From NCBI GenBank assembly GCA_045568075.1, contig JBJLBP010000001.1:840001-872000 (forward strand): a stretch of DNA of 32,000 nucleotides. Reading direction: 5' to 3'. Below, piece after piece: positions 1-7,681 of this stretch. Source of the DNA: Candidatus Thalassarchaeaceae archaeon. Lineage in GTDB: Archaea > Thermoplasmatota > Poseidoniia > Poseidoniales > Thalassarchaeaceae. The notes beneath the pieces were generated by a model that saw only the letters and a list, made by a program, of their open reading frames with translations, did not search any database and was not told the origin of the DNA. The position numbers and the translations under genes are program-made. The stretch's first letter is position 1; each line of letters starts with the position of its first letter.

Positions 1-54
1 CCACCCGGCGAAGGGTCATGATTCCTGTGGGTAACCACGCTCCCAGCACCACGA

Positions 55-963
55 ATGATTCAAACGATGGATTCGGGAGCCCCTAGCATGACAGAGCGCT
101 CTCCGCTGATTGGTGTGGCTCTTCTTCTCGCCCCGACCCTCTGCGTTGGCGCACTCAGATATGGTCTTCCAAATATCGAAACTCTACTCAAGGAGGACCT
201 AATTGCTCAAGCAATAATTCACGGCTTAGCCATCCTACTAGGCATCGTCATGTTTCTTCGCTATCGCGTTGTCGAGGACCATGAGTACCATCGCTCGAGT
301 GCCATCAAGAATCTCTCAAGCATGTATCGCCTTGAGGACAAAGGCTTGTGGAATCGAGGAGATGACGCCCTCGATCGCCTTGAGACCCAGGCCCACAATC
401 AACCAAAGGGTCGCGCGGGCCTACGCTTTCAACAAAGGATGACTGGTAAGGTCTCAGATCTGAATAAGGAACAATCCGAACTAAATCTCGACCGTGATGA
501 CTCACGTATGGAGGTCGATGTTCAGGTGGAGGGTATGGTCCCCGTCGTCGACTCGGAAGTCATCGACGAAACCGATCCCGGAAAACTCTCAGGCACGCTG
601 GGAGCCAGCGCAGAGGCCTCAGCGCAGCGTCGCCTCAACAAGGAAATAGCTCGTCGCGAGAAAGACGCAATCCGCAGCGAGCGACAGTCTGCCAAACTCG
701 CCGCCAAGGAAGCTAAGGCTGCTGCCAAGGCGGAGAAAGCGGCTGCGAAAGCCGAAGCCAAGGAGGCAGCACGGGCGGCGAAGGCGGCAAAGAAATCCGG
801 CGGACGAGCTGCAGCTGAGGCGACGTGGGATGCTCCACCTGACGACCAGTGGTCGACCCCAGTACCATCTTCACTAGCAAAATCAGTCATATCTTGCCAG
901 GAATGCGGCGCGGTCAATAGTAGCGGCACGGCTTACTGCAGCAGTTGCGGCGCTTTCCTCTGA
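55..963 (+). CDS. Hypothetical membrane protein with Lys/Ala-rich low-complexity region and C-terminal zinc ribbon
   Basis: 302-aa ORF. Two N-terminal hydrophobic segments (LIGVALLLAPTLCVGAL; AIIHGLAILLGIVMFL). An AKxxAKAAAKAEKAAAKAEAKEAARAAKAAKK tract lies at nt 691-795. The C-terminus is CQECGAVNSSGTAYCSSCG (CxxC...CxxC). Co-directional with dnaJ and 27-54 nt upstream of it. Start uncertain: ATG at 55, 67 or 88. Confidence 0.6.
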   Translation: MIQTMDSGAPSMTERSPLIGVALLLAPTLCVGALRYGLPNIETLLKEDLIAQAIIHGLAILLGIVMFLRYRVVEDHEYHRSSAIKNLSSMYRLEDKGLWNRGDDALDRLETQAHNQPKGRAGLRFQQRMTGKVSDLNKEQSELNLDRDDSRMEVDVQVEGMVPVVDSEVIDETDPGKLSGTLGASAEASAQRRLNKEIARREKDAIRSERQSAKLAAKEAKAAAKAEKAAAKAEAKEAARAAKAAKKSGGRAAAEATWDAPPDDQWSTPVPSSLAKSVISCQECGAVNSSGTAYCSSCGAFL

Positions 964-1017
964 GCACTCCGTTGGGTTGAAAACAGGCGTGTGGGAGCCG
1001 TTGAGCGTGGTGGTCCA

Positions 1018-2160
1018 GTGAGTCAGAAGCGGGATTACTACGAGGTTCTCGGTGTAAGCCGAAAAGCCTCGGATACGGAATTGAAAAAGGCATTCCGTTC
1101 GATGGCCCGAAAGTTCCATCCTGACAAGAATCCAGACGATGCTGAGGCCGAGTCTCGCTTCAAGGAAGTGCAGGAAGCATATGCGATTCTTTCGAACGCT
1201 GAAGAACGGCGAAAGTACGACATGTTCGGGCATGAGAGGCCTGGAGGTTCGCCCTGGGGTTCTGGTGGCTTCCAAGGTGTCAACATTAGTTTCGACGATA
1301 TTTTTGGAGGAGGCTTTGACTCGATATTCTCCTCTCTGTTCGGCGGTGGCTCACGCCAACGCTCGAGTCGTGGTGCAGACCTCCTCGTGCGGCATCTGGT
1401 AAGTTTTGAGGATGCCTTCAACGGAGTCGACGAAGAGCTTGAGATTGATGTGCTGAACCGCTGTTCTGGTTGTGAAGGGAGCGGTTCGGAGACCGCAGAT
1501 GGAATTCGAGTCTGTCCAACATGTGACGGTCGCGGGCGACTCACAAGGATTGAGCGAATTGGGCCATTCCATCAACAGGTCACTCAGGATTGTCGAGCTT
1601 GTGGCGGTGATGGTCGCATCATTCAGAATCCGTGTAAGGCTTGTTCGGGTGAGGGTAGGGCTGAACAATCGAAGAAGGTTCGATTCTCGGTGCCCGCTGG
1701 TATCGAGAGTGGTGCTAGACTGAGGCTAAGCGGGCATGGTGAATCATCACGATCGGAGAATGGTAGACCAGGAAATCTCTACATCGAAATCGAAGTGCAG
1801 GAGCACGAATGGTTCGAGCGCGATGGGCCTGATTTATTGATGGCTTTACCAGTCAGTTATGTCGATCTTGTTCTTGGTAATACTGTTGAGATTCCACATA
1901 TTGATGGTTCTCCGCTGAAGGTGCGAATCAAGGCTGGTTCAAAGCCCGGTGAGACGATTACTATTCTCGACAGAGGTCTGCCAATGGCGCGCGTAAGTCG
2001 CGGTCGTGGTGCCGTCATGGTTCTGCTCAAATTGGCCATGCCGGGGAAAATTTCACGGGCTACGAAGAAGCAATTGGAACAGATGCGCGAGGAATTGGGT
2101 AGTGGCCATTCGGAGATTATCGATGATGTTCTCGATGAGGCACGCAATCGACGGCGCTAA
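1018..2160 (+). CDS. dnaJ: Chaperone DnaJ (Hsp40), type I
   Basis: J domain DYYEVLGVSRKASDTELKKAFRSMARKFHPDKNP with the HPD motif. G/F-rich linker. Four CxxCxGxG zinc-finger repeats (CSGCEGSG, CPTCDGRG, CRACGGDG, CKACSGEG). The ORF opens at GTG 991, but GTG 1018 is preceded by GGTGG with a 4-nt spacer and gives the usual short N-terminus before DYYEVLGV. Confidence 0.93.
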   Translation: MSQKRDYYEVLGVSRKASDTELKKAFRSMARKFHPDKNPDDAEAESRFKEVQEAYAILSNAEERRKYDMFGHERPGGSPWGSGGFQGVNISFDDIFGGGFDSIFSSLFGGGSRQRSSRGADLLVRHLVSFEDAFNGVDEELEIDVLNRCSGCEGSGSETADGIRVCPTCDGRGRLTRIERIGPFHQQVTQDCRACGGDGRIIQNPCKACSGEGRAEQSKKVRFSVPAGIESGARLRLSGHGESSRSENGRPGNLYIEIEVQEHEWFERDGPDLLMALPVSYVDLVLGNTVEIPHIDGSPLKVRIKAGSKPGETITILDRGLPMARVSRGRGAVMVLLKLAMPGKISRATKKQLEQMREELGSGHSEIIDDVLDEARNRRR

Positions 2161-2186
2161 GGGCCATCTCGAATGATTAGTAACTC

Positions 2187-3215
2187 TCAACCCCATTCAA
2201 GAGCGCGATTTGGGACTGCCGCGAGTGGCTCTCCATCAACTAGACCTGAGAGATGGAAGCCGACGTTAGATGGTTCACCCTCGAGGGTTAGTCGCAGGAA
2301 GGTGCGGCTGCCTGATTTGAGTGTATCAAGTGAGATTTCGTCGCCTTGGAAGAGGTGTTGGGGTGATACAGCGCCGATACTGACACTATCTCCTTCCGGC
2401 GCATAGACGCGCATTGCAGCGAGTTCCCATGGTGAGTTAGCGATGCGGATTCCAAGTAGCATTGTTGCATCGCCCTCAGTGATTCGCCAAGCACAGATTT
2501 CGACTTGCTCGGTATTGTGACGCAGCAACGGCTCGCCCCAATCGGCGACGACGGCTTGCCAAGGACTGTCTCCGAGTTGATGAAGTGCAGAATCTATGAC
2601 TTGCTCGTCAATTTCTTCTGCCGCTAGTAGGTTGGTTAGGCGCTCTCGTAGGCGACGCAAGCGCCGGCGCTCATGGGCCTCGACCTCGAAATCGCTGATT
2701 CCCGAAAGCCAGCGCTTTCGATTCCAGAACATTACCAATATCGCTGGCGCGATGAGGAAAGCCCCGGCGAAGACATAGTATTCTGTGAAAAGCCCAGATT
2801 GATCGACGAAATCAGCCAATTCAGGCTCGGTGATTTCACCTGCGTTGACGAGTGTGAAATCATAGTAAGTCAGACTGGCTTCACCGAGTTTCTCGACACG
2901 GATTGCGTGGGTTCCTGTCGGTGCGTCAATCAGTCCACCAGCCGAGCTATTGAGAATCGCCCAATTTGTTTGGTCCAGCACTAGGATTTGGTAGCGAACA
3001 GGTTGTGATGTGTCAGCGTCTACGTGTAATCTGGAGCCATTTGCTTCTGTCACAACGAAAGAGAATACATCGACGTATTCGTCATCAGACATTCTCGCAT
3101 CGATATTTTCGTCAAATTCGATCGATGGCCAGAGAGAAAAGTCATCCGAATCGGTCCAGAGTCTATCTGGTGCATCTCCCATCTGCCCAGCGTCTCCAGC
3201 TGGGTATTCGTTCAT
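2187..3215 (-). CDS. Hypothetical single-pass membrane protein (acidic N-terminal beta-rich domain, C-terminal cytoplasmic domain)
   Basis: The maximal ORF is 2187..3386 (399 aa). That version overlaps the upstream gene by 170 nt. ATG at 3215 lies 1 nt after the upstream TAG stop (3217-3219). A central TM segment (YYVFAGAFLIAPAILVMFW) is followed by a positive patch (NRKRW...RRRLRRLRERL). Start uncertain. Confidence 0.55.
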   Translation of the reverse strand: MNEYPAGDAGQMGDAPDRLWTDSDDFSLWPSIEFDENIDARMSDDEYVDVFSFVVTEANGSRLHVDADTSQPVRYQILVLDQTNWAILNSSAGGLIDAPTGTHAIRVEKLGEASLTYYDFTLVNAGEITEPELADFVDQSGLFTEYYVFAGAFLIAPAILVMFWNRKRWLSGISDFEVEAHERRRLRRLRERLTNLLAAEEIDEQVIDSALHQLGDSPWQAVVADWGEPLLRHNTEQVEICAWRITEGDATMLLGIRIANSPWELAAMRVYAPEGDSVSIGAVSPQHLFQGDEISLDTLKSGSRTFLRLTLEGEPSNVGFHLSGLVDGEPLAAVPNRALEWG

Positions 3216-3216
3216 T

Positions 3217-4335
3217 CTAATGCTCCAGGAGGAAAGTGAATCTGAAGTCATTCGGAATTCCAGGGCTGAGGTTCCTGCAACTGGTATCGAAGTGATCAGG
3301 GCAAACATTGCCTTCACCCCCAAGAGGTGTAGCCAATCCTTCTGAATCGATAGCGAGAACTTCGAAATTAACTGAGTTATCATCACTCCAGCAATTTAGG
3401 AAGATGCTCATGCGACCAACCACCTCGACTCTGACTGCGTCTCCTTCACTGTCAGAGGGTGAAATCCAGCCATCGAACCCGTCGGTGTTTCCATCAGGGA
3501 ATGATAGTGCGTTCTCATCCCCCCAAGGGTTAGACAATTCCCCCCAGGATGCTTCGAGGGTAACCGCCCTTCGCATCACATACAATTCGTAGGCGGCAAA
3601 GCCTGCATCTGAGTCCTGCTTGATGCGCAGCCATAGGTTTCCATCCTCTGGATATTCGAAGTGGAACCAGCCATCTTCATCAGCTTCGAACGGATCAAGC
3701 AAGGTCTTCGTCGATTCATTTCGAAGCCAGAATTCTAGTTCGGCGGATTCTGGCATTAACGGCAAAGGCATGATGATGTAATCGCCGGCTTGGCCGAGAA
3801 TCTCAATCGAATCCTTATCTGAGCCATCTTCTAGTGATCCGACAATCCAGTGACTTTGAGATGTCGGATCTGAATGGCAGTCATCAATCGGGCAATTCCA
3901 GGTGGAGTCAACAATTTCCTGATCAACAGCGATTCCCGGGCTCGGTACATTGTCTAGCCAATCTGCCTCTTCCTTCATCAGAGCCTCGTTGATGTCAGGA
4001 CTGCTCATCTCAAAATCGAGGTCGGATTGTCCAGTACCTTGGTCTACAGTGAGTCGGAAGGTGACATTTCCGGAGGCGTCGAAGGATAGTTCGATACGTT
4101 GCGGATCTTCGACTGAGTAATTCCCCTGAGGCGTACTAACTTCCAGTTCAAGGCCAGGACACGAGGCTTTCATACACAAAATTCTGATGAAAACCGGATG
4201 AGACTCACTGAAATGCACAGTTGAATCAATCAGAGTGACTGATTCGTCCTCTCCTCCGCTTTGTGCGGTGGCGCTGGCAGCAGTTCCGACTAGGAGAATG
4301 AGCAGCACGATGAGGGTGGTAGCGGTGCGACTCAC
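3217..4335 (-). CDS. Secreted acidic hypothetical protein (signal peptide; PPC-like beta-sandwich segments)
   Basis: GTG start preceded by GGAGGG. N-terminus MSRTATTLIVLLILLVGTAASATAQS is a typical signal peptide. The protein is very D/E-rich with no further TM. Segments such as DKDSIEILGQAGDYIIMPLP...LWLRIKQDSDAGFAAYELYV resemble pre-peptidase C-terminal (PPC) domains; this is pattern-level only. Confidence 0.65.
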   Translation of the reverse strand: MSRTATTLIVLLILLVGTAASATAQSGGEDESVTLIDSTVHFSESHPVFIRILCMKASCPGLELEVSTPQGNYSVEDPQRIELSFDASGNVTFRLTVDQGTGQSDLDFEMSSPDINEALMKEEADWLDNVPSPGIAVDQEIVDSTWNCPIDDCHSDPTSQSHWIVGSLEDGSDKDSIEILGQAGDYIIMPLPLMPESAELEFWLRNESTKTLLDPFEADEDGWFHFEYPEDGNLWLRIKQDSDAGFAAYELYVMRRAVTLEASWGELSNPWGDENALSFPDGNTDGFDGWISPSDSEGDAVRVEVVGRMSIFLNCWSDDNSVNFEVLAIDSEGLATPLGGEGNVCPDHFDTSCRNLSPGIPNDFRFTFLLEH

Positions 4336-4550
4336 GGCCCTCCGGGCCGGCTTCTCCCTTAGAATGCTTCAAGCGAACCGCATCGCTGGCGCGCTCGATG
4401 AGCGACGTTGCTGGTGAGCGGCCGTTGGCGCGGGGTGTTGCTGCGCGACAGCGATTTGCGCGTATTTTTGCGCTCGGAGACCGTAAATCTCCTTCGTCGT
4501 GGACACCTGGACTTGTCTCAAGTTCATCTGATCCAGAACTTCCACTATCT

Positions 4551-6203
4551 ATGTCTGCATTCAGAGTCAAGAGGGATGCGAGCACCATTCCAGCGACGAT
4601 GTCGATGGAGGTGCTCGATGATTTGTGTCTGCCATTCGGTGGTTTGGAAACATGGCAGGCCGAAGAAGGATTGATTTTGCCTTCTAGCCTAGTCGATTCA
4701 GATAGTGGCTCAAAGTCGGCAGGAGTTCAGTTCTTACCGGTCTCATGGCAATCTCTCCACCACGATGTTGACCTCCTCGAAGAGGGTCTAGAACCATCGG
4801 TAATCGCCCTTATCGACGCTCCTCAATTAGCCGAGCGTCCGGGCAAATTAATCCAAGCTATCGATGCGATTCGTCGCCGATTCACCACCTCGTTGATCTA
4901 TACACCAGGAATTGGCGGGCCGGACAACTGTGCCCTGCTTACATGGATGGGAGTCGACCTTTTCGACCTCTCTCGGTCACACCAAGCTGCCTCTAGAGGC
5001 GTCTTGCTCACTGAAGACGGTCCCAGAGAGGTCGAATCCACAATGGGCGAATCAACGGGCATAGATACTCAGATTGAGGCTTGGCAGAGAGCACTCTCAT
5101 CGACTCGTTCAGCCATTCGGGACGGAACCATTCGCCAACTTACCGAAAGGCAAGCGCTTTCCAGTCCGCGCTCGGTAGAGCGCTTACGACGCCATGATTT
5201 GATGATGAGTGAGACGGCAATCGATGATTCGGGCCAAGCAGCCCTCGCAAGCGTCGTCAAGCAGGGCACCCGCTTGCGTTGCCATTCCTACACTAGCCGC
5301 GACGATCCAATCATCAGCGAATGGCGTCGAAGAGTAGCCGAAGAGCATACTCCACCTACTCACCAATCGAAGGCAATAGTCCTCCTCCCATGCTCAGCTA
5401 GGAAGCCCTACCGACTTTCGAAATCCCATCGCAGATTCCAGCGTGCAGTCACCACTAGAGGAATCCATGAGGTAATGGTCACCGCACCACTCGGTCTCGT
5501 CCCTCGCGAACTAGAAGATATCTGGCCAGCGGCGCATTACGATATACCAGTCACAGGGGATTGGGATATCGATGAGTTAAGGGTCATCAGAAGTATGGTG
5601 GAAGAATACACTACGCGCAACGGATACCAGCGAATCATCAATCATTCAGGTATCGACCTCAAAGCAGGAAACATCGAGGTTATCGATACTCGCCAAGGAG
5701 AATCCGCAGGTTCTCAAACTTCGATTGATAGACTCGAACAAGCCATTCGCCAAGCCGCCCAAGATCTCAAACTTCCAAATCCTAAGGAAAGCCTTCACCG
5801 GCTTGGCAAACTCAAGGCATTTTCAAGATTCCAACATGGGACCGACGCATGGCTCGAGGGAGCAAGGGTCAGCGGCAGACCGCCGATATTCAGAATCGAC
5901 CGCGAAGGTACACAGATAGCATTGTGGAATCCACATAGTGGTCGCTTCTCATTCGCAAAAGCCGCACTCCCTTCACTCGCTGAACACAAGACTCTGCCAT
6001 GTGTCGAACTAACCGCAGAAGCCGACTGGCGCGGTGACCTATTTTCCACCAATATCACCCGCTCCGACCCCGCAATCCGCGTCGGCGATGAATTACTCGT
6101 CTACCAGAACGGCGAACTCATCGGAAGCGCACGAGCCGAGGCTGCAGGGTGGGAATGGCCCAATGGGCCGGGAAGATTGGCGAAAGCGCAACACCGTCTA
6201 TGA
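4551..6203 (+). CDS. arcS: Archaeosine synthase ArcS (TGT-like N-domain, PCX3KPYX2SX2H domain, C-terminal PUA)
   Basis: LLPCSARKPYRLSKSHRRF matches the ArcS signature PC-X3-KPY-X2-S-X2-H exactly. The TGT-like segment is LIYTPGIGGPDNCALLTWMGVDLFD. The C-terminus is PUA-like (VGDELLVYQNGELIGSARAEAAG). The ORF opens at 4398, but its first 51 codons are Arg-rich and unlike protein. ATG 4551 gives MSAFRVKRD, similar to TGT-family N-termini. Confidence 0.8.
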   Translation: MSAFRVKRDASTIPATMSMEVLDDLCLPFGGLETWQAEEGLILPSSLVDSDSGSKSAGVQFLPVSWQSLHHDVDLLEEGLEPSVIALIDAPQLAERPGKLIQAIDAIRRRFTTSLIYTPGIGGPDNCALLTWMGVDLFDLSRSHQAASRGVLLTEDGPREVESTMGESTGIDTQIEAWQRALSSTRSAIRDGTIRQLTERQALSSPRSVERLRRHDLMMSETAIDDSGQAALASVVKQGTRLRCHSYTSRDDPIISEWRRRVAEEHTPPTHQSKAIVLLPCSARKPYRLSKSHRRFQRAVTTRGIHEVMVTAPLGLVPRELEDIWPAAHYDIPVTGDWDIDELRVIRSMVEEYTTRNGYQRIINHSGIDLKAGNIEVIDTRQGESAGSQTSIDRLEQAIRQAAQDLKLPNPKESLHRLGKLKAFSRFQHGTDAWLEGARVSGRPPIFRIDREGTQIALWNPHSGRFSFAKAALPSLAEHKTLPCVELTAEADWRGDLFSTNITRSDPAIRVGDELLVYQNGELIGSARAEAAGWEWPNGPGRLAKAQHRL

Positions 6204-6278
6204 CTCAACACCCTACGGGTGATATGCGCAGCGATTAAAGAGGGGCAGCAGGTCGGCGAGCCGCTTGAGGTGACCTAA

Positions 6279-6734
6279 ATGGCTCGTATGCACAGTAAGG
6301 GAAAGGGAAAGAGCGGCTCTGACAAGCCCAATTCGAACGTCGCTCCCGAGTGGTCAGAGTCCGACAAGGAAACCGTTGAGGCCCTCATCCTCAAGTTGTC
6401 AGAAGAGGGTCACTCGACAGCTATGATTGGCACAATCCTGCGCGACCAACACGCAGTTCCTGATGCCCGTCTCGTCACTGGCGAGCGCATTGCTCAGACT
6501 CTTGCCCGCAACGATATCGGCGGCAAGTACCCTGAAGACATGATGAATCTCATGCGCCAAGCACTGAGGATGATCGACCACCTCAACTCCAACGTCAAGG
6601 ACCTGCACAACCGCAGGCAACTCGAACTCACAGAGTCGCGCATCCGCCGTCTCGCTCGCTACTACCAAGACTCAGGCCGACTTGAGTCGGAATGGGCCTA
6701 CAAGCGAGATCAACTCCGCCTGATGGTCGAGTGA
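6279..6734 (+). CDS. rps15: 30S ribosomal protein uS15 (archaeal S15P / eukaryotic S13e type)
   Basis: 151 aa. N-terminus MARMHSKGKGKSGSDKP is characteristic of the archaeal/eukaryotic S13e N-domain. The C-terminal S15 fold reads HNRRQLELTESRIRRLARYY. GAGGTGA lies 5 nt upstream of the ATG. Confidence 0.93.
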   Translation: MARMHSKGKGKSGSDKPNSNVAPEWSESDKETVEALILKLSEEGHSTAMIGTILRDQHAVPDARLVTGERIAQTLARNDIGGKYPEDMMNLMRQALRMIDHLNSNVKDLHNRRQLELTESRIRRLARYYQDSGRLESEWAYKRDQLRLMVE

Positions 6735-6809
6735 GCTGCTCTTACGCGGTCCTCGCAGGGACGGATTCACAGCGATGGGGATTTGAACCAGCGCTGTCAA
6801 GCGTAGTTG

Positions 6810-7679
6810 ATGCGCCAGTTGGTTGAGGCCGAGCAGTTCGCTTCTGTGGCTTCGACTCTTGTGGATGCCGCGGCAGGCATCCGCACTCATCGTGGCACAG
6901 TGATGCTATTGGCAGCACCTTCGATCATTGGATCACTGAGCTTGGCCCCGTTGGAGGCGGCGATGCTGGATCTTGGTATGCCCTATCGCCGCCGTTTCAG
7001 ATTACAGGCCTCGGGAGAAGGGGCTTTGATTCACGTAATGGGGCCGGGACAGGATTCGGGGCCAGATTACACTGGTGACCCCCCACGTTTGATTCTGGCC
7101 GGACAAGTTGTTGAGGGATTGCAGGGTTCCTCTGGCGATTCGAGGCGAGGACCACTGACGACTGTTGCTCAGGCCCACGCGCTTGCACAAGTGCTTGCAC
7201 CTAGTGGTACGCGCGTGCGTAGAATGAGGCCATGGCTACTTTCGGGAAATTGGCTACATTCAGCCCTTGATACGACTTACGACCCGGTATTCACTGCCCT
7301 ACGAGATTTGCTCGTCGAGGAGGGTTCAGCACGAGTCGTATCGATGCCGGAGGTAACTACCGTGGAACTCTCGAATACTCCCTGGATTGAGGAATTAGCC
7401 CTCGATGCAATATCAGAAAAGTGGTCTGAACTCGATATGGAGGGGCGAGCTCGGGCCCTCTCCCACCTGATGCGACCAGCCCTCGCTCGCTCAACTCCAT
7501 CCACAGCGCGCATGGAGGAACTGGGATGGCACCGCGTCGTAGGTCCGGATTGGGATAGTGACCTCGCATCCGAGATTGTTCGAGCGGCGTGGCTGTGGAA
7601 GGAGAATCCAGCCGCAACAGCCGCTCACACTTTCGTCGATTCCCTGCTTACTACTGGTAGAGCACCCGTGCGCGAGTAA
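6810..7679 (+). CDS. Hypothetical protein; possible catalytically inactivated DHH (RecJ/Cdc45-like) domain
   Basis: The 290-aa ORF begins TTG 6807 / ATG 6810. TVMLLAAPSIIGSLSLAPLEAAMLDLG has the layout of DHH motif I (hhhhsHxDxDGxxSxxxLxxxL) with the H/D/D positions replaced. PRLILAGQ sits where the hhhhDHH motif would be. Position directly after rps15. Recognition is pattern-level only. Confidence 0.5.
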   Translation: MRQLVEAEQFASVASTLVDAAAGIRTHRGTVMLLAAPSIIGSLSLAPLEAAMLDLGMPYRRRFRLQASGEGALIHVMGPGQDSGPDYTGDPPRLILAGQVVEGLQGSSGDSRRGPLTTVAQAHALAQVLAPSGTRVRRMRPWLLSGNWLHSALDTTYDPVFTALRDLLVEEGSARVVSMPEVTTVELSNTPWIEELALDAISEKWSELDMEGRARALSHLMRPALARSTPSTARMEELGWHRVVGPDWDSDLASEIVRAAWLWKENPAATAAHTFVDSLLTTGRAPVRE

Positions 7680-7681
7680 AA

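Noticed and set aside
1-54. Possible 3' end of an upstream gene (short open frames ending at 21 or 88), or a minus-strand ATG at 17-19 leading out of the window.
   Set aside because: Too short to evaluate, with no motif support.
4398-4550. N-terminal extensions are implied by the longest ORFs: ArcS 4398-4550, gltX 11520-11672, gap 18813-18920 and adk 24898-24948.
   Set aside because: The extensions overlap neighbouring genes or divergent promoter regions and have non-protein-like composition. Internal ATGs reproduce the canonical family N-termini.
6777-6794. GGGGATTTGAACCAGCGC resembles the reverse complement of a tRNA T-arm (GGTTCAAATCC), which would suggest a minus-strand tRNA between rps15 and the next gene.
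   Set aside because: On the minus strand the putative T-stem (GCTGG / CCCCA) forms only 2 of 5 base pairs. No acceptor or anticodon arms can be built from the flanks, which overlap coding sequence.
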